From Myxococcota bacterium (GTDB taxonomy: Bacteria; Myxococcota_A; Polyangia; Polyangiales; Houyiibacteriaceae): 64,000 nt of DNA. This document shows, one piece after another, positions 20,559-30,815 of this stretch. The notes beneath the pieces are model-generated. The model had not been told where the DNA came from and did no database searches. It was given only the letters and a program-made list of their open reading frames with translations. The translations under genes and the position numbers were made by a program. How positions within the stretch are numbered: the first letter of the stretch is position 1; each line of letters begins with the position of its first letter. The stretch spans positions 70,704-134,703 of the forward strand of contig JBCCEA010000008.1 in the NCBI GenBank assembly GCA_039030515.1, given 5' to 3'.

Positions 20559-23500
20559 CTAGGGATTGGGGCGATCGGTTGCGCGACGTGCTCGAGCGGC
20601 AAATGGCCCTTCTGGGTGAATTTCCAGATAACGATCGTACGCAGCTCGGGATCTTGGGGAATTGTGGCCCGCAAGAGCCTCTCCCAGGAAAAACCAGACC
20701 TCTGCGGGACACCCCTCGATCTCACTTGCCGACTGTAGGGCAACCCGAGCCGCTCGCATCTTACCCCGCTGAATGCGTACCCGACCCTGCAGGAGCAACA
20801 ACTGAGCCCGCAGCAAGGGAGGTCGGATTCGCTGCTGTAGAGAATCCTCAACACGGTCCATATGCTCTTCGGCTTCGTCCAATCGCTCTGCCCTTGTCAG
20901 CACCCGGGCCAACCCGAGGAGCGCCTCTGGATGGCCACCGTCTCGCTCCACCGCCAGCTCGTAGTATCGGCTTGCCGCATCGAGCTCACCGGCAGACTCC
21001 AAAGCGTCCGCAAATAGGGCCAATACGTCAGCCGTCGCTCCTTCAGCACCTACGAGCGGCCTCAGTGCGGAAACGGCCTCCGTGGAGCGCCTCTGGAGCA
21101 GCGCCAGACGTGCAGTAGCCATCCGCACGGTCACCAAATCACGATCTTCCGGCGACAACTGATCAAGCTGCCGCTCGGCCTCTGCGACTCGCTGGAGTCC
21201 CAAAAGCGCTTCAATTCCGCCAATTCGCGCCATCAGGGCCGTGGATCCCCGAGCAGCACTCTCGCCCTGCTCGTCAAGCTCTTGAAACAGCGCGTTCGAC
21301 TCATCAAAGGATCCTCGATCGAGCAGGAGGTAGGCGAGCGCGATCTGAGCGTCGGTATGCTCGGGACTGAGCGTTAGGGCCTGACGATAGCTCTCCTCGG
21401 CAGCCGCTGCGTCGCCGGACATGCGCCTGGCTCGGCCGCGAAGAACGTGCCCTTGAGCGAACTCAGGAGCAGCTGCCACCAAACGATCGGCAGCGACCTG
21501 TGCGGTCTGGACCTCGCCAACATCGAGCGCCGCTTCCGCAAGCGCTTCCGTGGCAAAGCGGTCTGCTGGAAATTCGGCGTCGAGCTCCTTTGCCAACTCC
21601 AGCGTCCGGGAACTGGTTTCAAGCCGCATCTGTGCGCGAAGCCAGAGTGCGCGCAGCTCTGAATCTGCGACCGGGTTTGAGTCTAATGCGGAGGAAAGAT
21701 CGCGCACCACACCTTGAAGCACCTCGGTCGTCCCGACCAGCAGCGACGCTTGTGCAGCAAGCCGGAGCACACTCGAGTCTTCGACCGAAAGCGGCTCAAG
21801 GACCCGAAGTGCCTCAATTCCGTTTCGCCTTTGAATCAGGATCTCAGCAAGAATTGTACGCAAGGCTACATTCATGGGAGCCCCAGCAAGGGCACTTGCA
21901 GCCGCGGACTGGGCTTGATCGAGTCTGCCTAGCTCCCGGGATTCGGCGGCCAGAAGCGCGAGCAGTCTGGGTGCGACGACCTCCGCCGCAAAAGCTCGAT
22001 CGAGAGCGCTACGCGCGCGCTCGTCTGCCGACATTCTCCGGGAAAGTCGAACTTCGGTCAGGTGATACAGCAAAACGTCGACTGGCGCTGCCTTCTCCAA
22101 CGCACCCTTGATCGCGCTCAGCTCTGAGAGTCCCGCTTCAGGGGTAACCTCGGCAGCGTCGAAGAACTGTCGCCACAAGCGTGCGCGCAGGTGCTCATTT
22201 TCGCGGGCAAGTACAGAGTCGATCACGGCCTTGGCCGCATCGAGTCTGCCTTCCTTCGCACGAAACTCTGCAAGGGCCATCGATGCCGCGAACAAATTGG
22301 ACTCTTCTTCATGCGCTCTTTGCAACAGTGCAGCGGCGTCACCCATCCCAAGACGCTGACGAACGCGCCCCACCACATACCGATCGGAAGCGCGAAGGTT
22401 CTCGTCTTTCAGTGCGTTCTCTGCATGAGTCGCGGCAGCCGGAACGTCACCATCCCAAAGTGCCAACACCGCTTGCGCAGCGAAAATTGTAGAGCCGCCG
22501 AGTCCCAGACGCTTGCCCATGGAAAGGGAGGAACGAAGGGCTCCGGCGTCCGCCCCCCCTTCTTCTAAGACCCGTTGGACATGTGCAAATATCAACAGCT
22601 CTGGTCCAGCGCTATCGAGCGGGTTCAGTTCTCTTGAGGCCCGAATGAGCTGCTCGGCTTCCAACAGATCTTGATGATCACCCCTCCATATTCGGTCTCT
22701 AGCCTGACCCACCAAGCGGATCGACTCCGCTCGCTTGGTTTCGACCCAAGTCGTCCAGCCAAGGTATCCACCCAAGCCCAAAAGAGCAGCGACCACCCAG
22801 AGGACTGCAATGGTGCGACCTGTTCGATTTCCCGCTTTGGAGTCGGAATGGCTCTTTTGGGTCCAGGCCGAAGGCGAAGGATCGTCTTGCTCCCGCAAAC
22901 CAGCCGCGTCCATCATCGCGAGCACTTCGTCAGCGGGCTCTAAAGCTGCAGGAGCGACGCCGAGTACCTCTCTAGGAACGGTGTTTGACTCTTCGGAGAG
23001 ATCGGACTCACTCAAGGGAGGATGGTCCAAATCGGCCTTGGGACTCCACGTGTCCCCGGACGCCACCGCGCTACCAAGCGAGTCCGGCAAAGACGCTGAG
23101 AGTGACGGGGCTGGACTTTCAGGAGAAGGATCTACGGAGTCAGCACCATCTCCTTCGGCATATCGAACGAGGGGAATCGTGGAGTCAAACGCCGGGTCAT
23201 CGGGTGTGAGCCGAGGATGATCGTCGGCCGACACCGGCAACTCGGAAACTTCGAGCGGACCACCTTGCACCAGCCTTGGATCAAGCCTCGGACCGATCGC
23301 TGTAGGCGCATCCTCGTCGAAATCGGATAGCGTGTACCCAGCCACCGTAGGAGCCTGAGACTCGGCTATCGAGAAAGCCCACGCCTCGGGAGCCCCTTCG
23401 TTCGCGGAAACCTTGGCGAGATCGCTGGTTACAGGATTATCGGCAACCACGGATGTATTCGCCAGAGGAAGGGATTCGCTATCGTCAGTTGAAGGTAAAA

Positions 23501-24119
23501 CGGGAAAGGAAAGCGTCGATTCAAGCGAAGGTATCTGAGCGGAACGGCGTCCCGCCTCATCCAAAAATGGGGATGCCTCTGGGATCTCAGGAGAACCAAA
23601 CACCGCAGTCGTTTGATGGACATCATTCCGGCTCTGTTGAGGCGCTAGGTCTTCGCTCCTGGATACATCCTTGGGCGCTGTCGTTTTCGGCTGCTCTCGG
23701 AATCCATTGCCCTTGCGAGCGCGCATCGATAAGCGCCGCAACACCTCATCATTCGGATCGATGTTCAGCGCCCGCTCCAATACCTTGGCCGCACGCTGAG
23801 GGTCTCCTCTTTGAATCAGCACTTCGCCTAGCCAGCGAAAAGCCGCAGTGCTCTTGGGGTCTGCTCGAGCCGCTTTGAGGAGCGACGCCTGAGCCCGCAA
23901 AAGCGCTCCCTCGTGAAGCAAACTTCGGCCTTGCACAATAAGGAGCCGAGCCTCCTCCCCGGATTTTTCTAAACCTCGAGCTGCGACTTCAAGTGCTTCG
24001 GACGACCTTCCTGCATCGATAAGGGCCTCTGCCAGCGGCACCGCCGCTTCGCTTCCCGGCCGATTTCGAAATCGCAGAAGCCTTCCATCTAGGTTCTGGA
24101 AATCGGACACGCGGCGCAC
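20559..24119 (-). CDS. Large bitopic TPR protein (N-terminal TPRs, acidic/Pro linker, one TM, C-terminal TPR array)
   Basis: Repeating A/L/G helical TPR pattern; TM IAVLWVVAALLGLGGYLGW; ends YLEIHPEGPFA. Confidence 0.8.
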   Translation of the reverse strand: MRRVSDFQNLDGRLLRFRNRPGSEAAVPLAEALIDAGRSSEALEVAARGLEKSGEEARLLIVQGRSLLHEGALLRAQASLLKAARADPKSTAAFRWLGEVLIQRGDPQRAAKVLERALNIDPNDEVLRRLSMRARKGNGFREQPKTTAPKDVSRSEDLAPQQSRNDVHQTTAVFGSPEIPEASPFLDEAGRRSAQIPSLESTLSFPVLPSTDDSESLPLANTSVVADNPVTSDLAKVSANEGAPEAWAFSIAESQAPTVAGYTLSDFDEDAPTAIGPRLDPRLVQGGPLEVSELPVSADDHPRLTPDDPAFDSTIPLVRYAEGDGADSVDPSPESPAPSLSASLPDSLGSAVASGDTWSPKADLDHPPLSESDLSEESNTVPREVLGVAPAALEPADEVLAMMDAAGLREQDDPSPSAWTQKSHSDSKAGNRTGRTIAVLWVVAALLGLGGYLGWTTWVETKRAESIRLVGQARDRIWRGDHQDLLEAEQLIRASRELNPLDSAGPELLIFAHVQRVLEEGGADAGALRSSLSMGKRLGLGGSTIFAAQAVLALWDGDVPAAATHAENALKDENLRASDRYVVGRVRQRLGMGDAAALLQRAHEEESNLFAASMALAEFRAKEGRLDAAKAVIDSVLARENEHLRARLWRQFFDAAEVTPEAGLSELSAIKGALEKAAPVDVLLYHLTEVRLSRRMSADERARSALDRAFAAEVVAPRLLALLAAESRELGRLDQAQSAAASALAGAPMNVALRTILAEILIQRRNGIEALRVLEPLSVEDSSVLRLAAQASLLVGTTEVLQGVVRDLSSALDSNPVADSELRALWLRAQMRLETSSRTLELAKELDAEFPADRFATEALAEAALDVGEVQTAQVAADRLVAAAPEFAQGHVLRGRARRMSGDAAAAEESYRQALTLSPEHTDAQIALAYLLLDRGSFDESNALFQELDEQGESAARGSTALMARIGGIEALLGLQRVAEAERQLDQLSPEDRDLVTVRMATARLALLQRRSTEAVSALRPLVGAEGATADVLALFADALESAGELDAASRYYELAVERDGGHPEALLGLARVLTRAERLDEAEEHMDRVEDSLQQRIRPPLLRAQLLLLQGRVRIQRGKMRAARVALQSASEIEGCPAEVWFFLGEALAGHNSPRSRAAYDRYLEIHPEGPFAARARRATDRPNP

Positions 24120-24357
24120 CCTACCAGAAACTTGTCGAAAAAGCCGGAAGCATCACCCGAGATCTCCGCGGCCTGAGCGACACGGAACCAGGTCTGGATG
24201 AGCCTGTCCCACCGGGTGCGAGCCACATACCCTTCGCCGCTCCGAGGATGGCTCCAGGACCTCCGCCAACCGCCAACTTCCTGCTAGGGCGTGAATAGTT
24301 GAACGCATCGCATCATCGACCCGGCACATTGGTTCGAAAGCTGTATACTCCCGGGCC

Positions 24358-25011
24358 ATGGTTTTCGTCGCATGCTCAGGTTTCCCCGTCCCGGTCAGTC
24401 GTTATTGGCGCGATTTCGAAGCGGTCGAATTAGCCGATACCGAGCTCGGTCTACCGGGCTCAGGTACGATAGGTCGTTGGAAAAGAGAATCGCCCGATGG
24501 ATTTGGGTTCAGCATCATCGCACCGAAGTCGATCAGTGACGAAGAGTTCAAACAGACCGAGAATACCCAGGAAACTTTGCAGGGACTCGGTCGACTCGTC
24601 GAAACCCTAGACGCGAGAGCAGCGGTTTTTATAGGCTCGACGGATTTCAAATCCACCAAAGCCAACAAAGCAAGATTGAAATCCTTCCTTGCGACCGTGC
24701 CCGATTCGGTGCCTTACGTCGTATTTGACCTTCCGTCGTGGGATCCCTCGCAAGTGGCATCGATCGCGAAGAGTCGTCTGGTTGCCGCCTACGATCCACT
24801 CCAAGATACGCCTCCGCCGGCCAAAGGACTCGCCTACATTCGATTACCCGGTCCTGCCGGGAAACGTTCTCGCTACGATGACGAGTCCCTCGAACGTATC
24901 GCCGATCACGTGAGAGAGATCCAAGATTCATGTGAGGAGATCTTCATCGCGTTCCGCAACATCGACATGCACACAAACGCAACCGCACTCAGAAAAAGGC
25001 TGAAAATCTGA
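24358..25011 (+). CDS. DUF72 family protein (divergent)
   Basis: VACSGF, YWRDFEAVE, W..ESPDGFGFS, AYIRLPG...RY, IAFRN patterns. Confidence 0.75.
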   Translation: MVFVACSGFPVPVSRYWRDFEAVELADTELGLPGSGTIGRWKRESPDGFGFSIIAPKSISDEEFKQTENTQETLQGLGRLVETLDARAAVFIGSTDFKSTKANKARLKSFLATVPDSVPYVVFDLPSWDPSQVASIAKSRLVAAYDPLQDTPPPAKGLAYIRLPGPAGKRSRYDDESLERIADHVREIQDSCEEIFIAFRNIDMHTNATALRKRLKI

Positions 25012-25029
25012 AGCCTCCCGAGGCTGTTC

Positions 25030-25989
25030 CTAAGCGCGTTCAGACAGAGTCTCGATCGCCTGCTCGATGTCTTTGGGGAGCGGGCTTTCGAAGCAAAGCG
25101 CGGCACCGGTGCACGGATGGGTGAAGCCGAGGGTGCCCGCATGAAGCGCTTGTCGACCTAGCTCAGCATCGACGGCCCGAAGCGCTCCTTCTTTCGGTGG
25201 TCGGCCATACGTTCGGTCGCCAACGATGGGATAGCCGCCGTCCGATAGGTGAACGCGTATTTGGTGGGTACGTCCTGTTTCGAGTCTGCACTCCACAACA
25301 GAGGCCAAGCCCAAAGGCTCCTTCACGCGTACGTGGGTTACCGCCCGCTTCCCTCGCAGCACCCGCGTCGAAAACTTCTTTCTATTTGAAGGACTCCGAC
25401 CATGCAGCGTATCGAACGTACCGTCTGACGGTCGCCCCCAAACCACTGCTGTGTACACGCGAACCAGGTCGTGAGCCGCAAAAGTTTCGGCAAGGCCTGC
25501 GCGTGCATCCAAGGATTTTGCTACAACCATCACCCCGCTGGTGTCTTTATCGAGGCGGTGCACGATACCGGGCCGGATTGGATCGCCGTCTTTGGTCTGA
25601 AGATCTGGGCAGTGAAACAAGATCGCATTAACGAGCGTTCCCTCAGGATGCCCCGGTGCTGGGTGGACGACCCGCCCTGCGGCCTTGTCGACCACAAGAA
25701 TATCCCTATCTTCATAGAGAATCTGAAGAGGTAGCGGTTGTGGCGTTGCTGCGGTGGGCTCGGGCGGAGCCGGCACAACCTTCACCTGGTCTCCGAGCTG
25801 TACCCTATAATCTTTGCACACCACCCTGCCCTGCACGGTGACTCGCCCACCATCGATCCACCTTGCCAAAGTAGATCGGGACGCTATGCCGCGGTCCGCT
25901 AGAAGGCGGTCGATACGTTCGCGGACTTCTTCGGAGCTGACGACGAGGACTACTGGATTCACCGCCGATTGGGACACGACTCTTAGCAA
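25030..25989 (-). CDS. rluD: RluA/RluD-family pseudouridine synthase with S4 domain
   Basis: RPGIVHRLDKDTSG, LETGRTHQIRVH, RQALHA; N-terminal RIDR S4 motif. Confidence 0.85.
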   Translation of the reverse strand: MLRVVSQSAVNPVVLVVSSEEVRERIDRLLADRGIASRSTLARWIDGGRVTVQGRVVCKDYRVQLGDQVKVVPAPPEPTAATPQPLPLQILYEDRDILVVDKAAGRVVHPAPGHPEGTLVNAILFHCPDLQTKDGDPIRPGIVHRLDKDTSGVMVVAKSLDARAGLAETFAAHDLVRVYTAVVWGRPSDGTFDTLHGRSPSNRKKFSTRVLRGKRAVTHVRVKEPLGLASVVECRLETGRTHQIRVHLSDGGYPIVGDRTYGRPPKEGALRAVDAELGRQALHAGTLGFTHPCTGAALCFESPLPKDIEQAIETLSERA

Positions 25990-26036
25990 TGCATGTCAGA
26001 CGCTATGCGTCGAGCCGCGTTTCCCTTTGTACGACC

Positions 26037-26300
26037 CTACCAAAGGGGAGAAGGCACATGTCCCTTACTGCGGACGAGGATGTCGATGATCGCGCGGTTA
26101 TAGAAATTTTTCTCGAAGAGATCCGGGGCTACGCGGCTTTTAAAGAGTGCTCTGCCTTCCTGGATCTCCTCAGAGAGCACTGTGAACAAGTTGTCGGTTT
26201 TGATTCCTTCAACAATCTTCTCTTCGTTGTAGAGCGAGAGGTCGCTAGCGATGGCTCGCGCCAGGCGACGAGCGGCTTCTTCGGTCTCGATCAGCGCCAT
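26037..26300 (-). CDS. Small conserved deltaproteobacterial/myxobacterial hypothetical protein
   Basis: ARRLARAIASDLSLYN...EEIQEGRALF motif that I recognise from these lineages; co-directional with rluD. Confidence 0.7.
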   Translation of the reverse strand: MALIETEEAARRLARAIASDLSLYNEEKIVEGIKTDNLFTVLSEEIQEGRALFKSRVAPDLFEKNFYNRAIIDILVRSKGHVPSPLW

Positions 26301-26500
26301 GATAGATTACTGTCCTTCCTGACAGGGTGTTGGCGTATGGGGTGCTCGGTCGGGCGACCGTTGTGAATGCTAGCGTCGAACACTCTGTGTTTGCAAAGAA
26401 TTCTGCGAACCGGGCACCAAATCACCTGGAACAACGAAGACCGGTACGTCCAGCCACGACACACCTGACTGGATGCACTCCCCGAGGCAGAAATACCTAA

Positions 26501-26780
26501 ACAGAACCTGGACAAGCCGTACCAGGTACGGTGACCATCTAGACACAACCTGGACACCTCGTACCAGGTACGGCGACATCGGGTACGGCGACATCGAGTT
26601 GCATGAGCCCGACCGGATTCGGTTTCCAACGCAGAATGCATCTGCAAGACACTCAGACTAACCGTACCTGGTACGGATGCTGACTTCGACAGAACCTGGA
26701 CAAGACGTACCAGGTACGGTGACCATCTAGACACAACCTGGACACCTCGTACCAGGTACGGTGATCTGAAGCAGCGCTTC
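26501..26780. repeat. Intergenic repeat cluster with palindromic CGTACC-W-GGTACG cores
   Basis: 73-bp direct repeat 26501-26573 vs 26689-26761 (1 mismatch), each with two cores; an inverted core at ~26662-26676; ends in GAAGCAGCGCTTC. Confidence 0.9.
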
Positions 26781-26806
26781 GGTGATGAGATGTCGTGTGA
26801 ACAAAC

Positions 26807-27391
26807 TTAAAAGGCTGCTTCTTTAATCGTGACAGGACCTGGGCGGATCACCTTCAAAACCTCGCCGAGACAGTCGACCACGGTCGATGGAGATTCCCCT
26901 CCCGAGGTGCCGTCAACGATCGCGTCTAGTACGTGACCAAGACTTGCAGCCAGCTCTTCGGCAGTATGCGCAGCAGGTGCTCCTGAGCGATTTGCGCTTG
27001 TGGCAGTCAACGGACGACCAAACCGCTGAACAAGGTCGAGCGCCACGCTCGCACCGGGCACGCGCACGCCGATCCCGCCTTGATCGCTCACAAGAGGTGC
27101 AGGCAGCCCGGACTTCGCAGAAACAACCAGGGTAAGCGGCCCCGGCCAGTAGCGTTGGGCGAGGGTACGCGCTGCCTCAGAGATGCCCTGAGCCACTTGA
27201 GGTAGATGCTCAAGCGAGGGCAGCAGCACCGCGATGGGTGCGGTGCTTGCACGGCCTTTCAACGTTGCAACGCGCGCCACTGCAGACTCATTGAGTGCGT
27301 CGGCAAGCAATCCGAACTGCGTCTCGGTCGGGCAACCGACCACGCCTCCGCGGCGAAGAATGGCGACGTATGGTTCGAGGTCCAGATTCAC
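26807..27391 (-). CDS. tsaC: L-threonylcarbamoyladenylate synthase (YrdC/Sua5)
   Basis: PTETQFGL, LKGR, YWPGPLT, GVRVP, ATSANRSG, PSTVVD. Confidence 0.9.
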   Translation of the reverse strand: MNLDLEPYVAILRRGGVVGCPTETQFGLLADALNESAVARVATLKGRASTAPIAVLLPSLEHLPQVAQGISEAARTLAQRYWPGPLTLVVSAKSGLPAPLVSDQGGIGVRVPGASVALDLVQRFGRPLTATSANRSGAPAAHTAEELAASLGHVLDAIVDGTSGGESPSTVVDCLGEVLKVIRPGPVTIKEAAF

Positions 27392-27402
27392 GATCGGTCA
27401 GT

Positions 27403-28692
27403 TCATGTGTAGGAAGCGTCCGAAGGCCGCGCCCGAAGTCCGATGTCTCGCCGAAACTGCATCCCTTCGAAATGCAGGCCAGCAACTACGCCGTAGGCTC
27501 GCTTTGCGGCAGCGTCCATGGTGTCGCCAATGCCTGTCACGGTGAGTACGCGACCCCCTGCAGTATGCACAGCAGCGTGATCCACCTTTGTGCCTGCATG
27601 AAATACCACCACCTCCGGCTCCATAAGTCGCGCTCGCTCGAGTCCGGCGATGGGCATCCCCCGGGCGTGAGGCGCTGGATACCCCTGGGATGCGAGCACC
27701 ACCGATAGCGCACATGGCGCCTCCCATTCAGCGCAAACGCCGCTGAGGTCTCCCTGAGCGGCACCCAAAAGGAGCGGCAGTACCGACCCCTTCCATCGCG
27801 CCATGATGCAGGTGCACTCGGGATCTCCAAAACGAACGTTGTACTCCAGTACCCGAGGCGCTCCTTCGTGGACCATGAGCCCGACGAACAGTGCGCCTCG
27901 AAACGGCCTGCCTTCTTGTGCGAGCCCAGCGAGTGTGGGCTCCACTATCTCGTGTTGGATCCGCCTTTCCACCGCAGCGTCCACCACGCTCGGAGGGGAG
28001 TACGCTCCCATCCCCCCGGTGTTGGGCCCTTCATCCCCTTCGAGCAAACGCTTGTGGTCCTGCGCTGGCGCAAGGGTGACGAACTTCTTCCCGTCAGAAA
28101 CCACGTGGTAGCTGACTTCCTGACCCTGCAGCCGCTCTTCGATCACGATCCGGTTTCCGGCTGCGCCAAAGTCGCGGTGTCTCATGATGCGATCCACTGC
28201 CTCACGCGCTTCATGCACACTGGATGCTACAAAGACCCCTTTGCCTGCGGCAAGGCCCTCCGCCTTGACTACGAGTGGTCGACCGGCTTCTTCGATGAAG
28301 TGACTGGCCTCGTCAGCATCGTCAAATACTCGAAAAGGAGCCGTCGGAATCCCGTGTCGACTCATAAACTCCTTAGCGAACACCTTACTGCCTTCGAGCT
28401 CAGCAACCTGCTGACGCGGTCCAAACGCCGCAATGCCTTCACCCTCGAGGCGGTCGACCAGCCCTCCCACGAGCGGGGCCTCAGGACCGACAACCACGAG
28501 ATCGATCGCCTTCTGCTTAGAAAAGGCGAGCAGCGCGGAAATATCATTCGGTTGAATCGAGACGTTGTCGGCGCAATGCGCGGTGCCCGCGTTACCTGGA
28601 GCCGCAAAAACGCGATCAACCTCCCGATCTCCTGAAAGACGCCAGCAGAGCGCATGCTCTCTCGCGCCTCGCCCGACAACAAGGACCCGCAT
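27403..28692 (-). CDS. purD: Phosphoribosylamine-glycine ligase
   Basis: GAREHAL, VVGPEAPL, LEGSKVFAK, GLAAGKGV, GPNTGGMG, EYNVRFGDPE. Confidence 0.97.
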   Translation of the reverse strand: MRVLVVGRGAREHALCWRLSGDREVDRVFAAPGNAGTAHCADNVSIQPNDISALLAFSKQKAIDLVVVGPEAPLVGGLVDRLEGEGIAAFGPRQQVAELEGSKVFAKEFMSRHGIPTAPFRVFDDADEASHFIEEAGRPLVVKAEGLAAGKGVFVASSVHEAREAVDRIMRHRDFGAAGNRIVIEERLQGQEVSYHVVSDGKKFVTLAPAQDHKRLLEGDEGPNTGGMGAYSPPSVVDAAVERRIQHEIVEPTLAGLAQEGRPFRGALFVGLMVHEGAPRVLEYNVRFGDPECTCIMARWKGSVLPLLLGAAQGDLSGVCAEWEAPCALSVVLASQGYPAPHARGMPIAGLERARLMEPEVVVFHAGTKVDHAAVHTAGGRVLTVTGIGDTMDAAAKRAYGVVAGLHFEGMQFRRDIGLRARPSDASYT

Positions 28693-28701
28693 CGCTACGT
28701 A

Positions 28702-30321
28702 CTAATGCCGAAAGTGGCGCGCGCCAGTAAACAACATCGCGATGCCCACTCGATCGGCCGCATCGATAACGTCGGGGTCACGCTTGCTGCCTCCAGGTTG
28801 AACGATCGCCTTCACCCCAGCGGAAGCGGCCACCTCTACGGAGTCGGGAAACGGAAAAAAAGCGTCGGAGGCCATAGATGCTCCGAAACATGCCGAACCA
28901 GCTTTTTGACAAGCGATCTCAACACTCAACACTCGAGACATTTGACCTGCGCCGATCCCGAGTGTTCGATCTTCATGTGCCAACACAATGGCATTTGACT
29001 TGACGTGCTTACTCACTTTCCATGCAAATTCCATAGAGCGAAGCTCAGCATCGGTAGGGACTCGGCGACTTACCACGCGACCACCTGCGATATCGGACGA
29101 TGCGGTTGCGTCACGCTCCTGAGCCACGATCCCTCCATCGATCCGTTTGTAGGTGAATGCAGCGTGATCTGCCGGTCGCCAAGCGCCGGTCGCGAGAAGA
29201 CGCAGATTCTTTTTCTTACGGAGCAATTCGATCGCGTCCGTTTCAAAGGACGGGGCAACCACACACTCGATGAAACTTTCTTGAATGGCGCTCGCAACTT
29301 CCAAATCGACCGGCCGATTAAGGGCGACGATTCCTCCGAAGGCACTCAAAGCATCTGCTTCTCGGGCGATTCGATAAGCATCGACCAGGCAAGAAGCCTT
29401 GCCCACTCCGCAGGGATTCGTGTGCTTGACGACGACCGCTGCGGGTTCTTCAAACTCACGCACTGCATCGAGGGCCGCGTCCACATCGACCAGGTTGTTG
29501 AACGAAAGCTCCTTACGACCCGCGTCCAGCAACTCGGCGCGAGCAAGGCAACCTTCGGGCGCCCCGCGTCGCACGTAAAATGCAGCTCGCTGGTGGGGGT
29601 TTTCTCCGTAGCGCAAGTCGCACGTTTTTTGAAACTGCAGCGTCAGCCATCCGGGCATAGAAACAGTCGTTGGGCCAGGCTCTCGGGAACCTGCATCCTC
29701 GAGTCCACTGCTTTGAGGTGCGAAACGCGGGGCGCTCGAATGGGTAGCACTCAAGTAGGCAGCGATGGCCCCGTCGTAGGCTGCAGTGTGCGCAAACGCC
29801 TTTGCCGCGAGCTCCGCACGCAATGGGCTCAGACCGGCCTCTTGATCGAGCGCCATGAGCACGCGCTCATAGTCGCTGGGATCCGTCACCACCAGAACCC
29901 GGTCTTGATTCTTCGCGGCGCTGCGAACCATAGACGGGCCGCCGATATCGATGTTTTCTATAGTTTCCTCGGCGCCTGCACCTCGCGCCACAGTGGCCTC
30001 GAAGGGATAAAGATTGACGCAGACCAAATCGATAGGCACTCCCCCGATGGACGCCAATTGCTTGCGGTCTGAAGCCTGATCGCGCATCAAGATTCCGCCG
30101 TGCACTCGGGGATGCAAAGTCTTGACCCGCCCGTCCATGATTTCTGGGAAGCCGGTGTATTCGGCAACTTCCAGCACCGAGACACCAGCGTCACGAAGCA
30201 CACTCGCCGTGCCACCAGTCGATAGAATCTCGATCCCGCGTGCGGCGAGCCCTCGCGCGAAATCGACAAGCCCTTCCTTGTCGGACACGGAAAGCAGGGC
30301 CCGTTGTACTGCAGACATCAT
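28702..30321 (-). CDS. purH: Bifunctional AICAR transformylase / IMP cyclohydrolase
   Basis: RALLSVSDK, GRVKTLHP, IDIGGPSM, LRYGENPHQ, SDAFFPF, RHFRH. Confidence 0.97.
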   Translation of the reverse strand: MMSAVQRALLSVSDKEGLVDFARGLAARGIEILSTGGTASVLRDAGVSVLEVAEYTGFPEIMDGRVKTLHPRVHGGILMRDQASDRKQLASIGGVPIDLVCVNLYPFEATVARGAGAEETIENIDIGGPSMVRSAAKNQDRVLVVTDPSDYERVLMALDQEAGLSPLRAELAAKAFAHTAAYDGAIAAYLSATHSSAPRFAPQSSGLEDAGSREPGPTTVSMPGWLTLQFQKTCDLRYGENPHQRAAFYVRRGAPEGCLARAELLDAGRKELSFNNLVDVDAALDAVREFEEPAAVVVKHTNPCGVGKASCLVDAYRIAREADALSAFGGIVALNRPVDLEVASAIQESFIECVVAPSFETDAIELLRKKKNLRLLATGAWRPADHAAFTYKRIDGGIVAQERDATASSDIAGGRVVSRRVPTDAELRSMEFAWKVSKHVKSNAIVLAHEDRTLGIGAGQMSRVLSVEIACQKAGSACFGASMASDAFFPFPDSVEVAASAGVKAIVQPGGSKRDPDVIDAADRVGIAMLFTGARHFRH

Positions 30322-30815
30322 CACCTCCGGCCGCGGCCTCCTAGCGCGGTCTCCAGACACGGTCAATCACTGCAATTTAGTAGCGAACTACTAGGGTCCA
30401 ACTTGTGGATGCTCTACGTTTTGACGGTAGCCGCCTATCCATGAGGCAGATACGTCAGCCATCCGGGGCGGCCATTTCGTCTGAGGTGACCGCCGAGGCC
30501 CGCTACCGCAAGTGGAACGTCTTGGACCCTGCGCTTTTCAGGCAGCTTGATGCGGTTGCTCATGGAACAGAGCGGTCGGGTAGAGCCATCGGATAGCGCT
30601 TTGAAGAACTCCTCGATGCACCAACGCGCCCTACGTGTCCGCCACCCGAAGCATCTGCGCCGCGCCGTCGGGGCCTTCGAAAGTGCCCAGGCACGCGATT
30701 CGTTGAGAGCCGTGATCGAGATGCCAAACGGTGGTCGACCCTAGATCAGGTCTCGAAGGCGATCCCAACCTAAAGCGATAGGACGTCGCTTTAGGTTTCC
30801 GACCATCGGAGGGTT

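Noticed and set aside
29005..30072. Long antisense or shadow ORFs (also 7995-8792, 27868-28635, 53160-54215, 57438-58322)
   Set aside because: They fully overlap well-supported genes on the opposite strand, as expected from high-GC codon bias.
30405..30744. Short plus-strand ORFs between purH and the Glt-like operon
   Set aside because: 63-65 aa, with no recognisable motif or ribosome-binding site.
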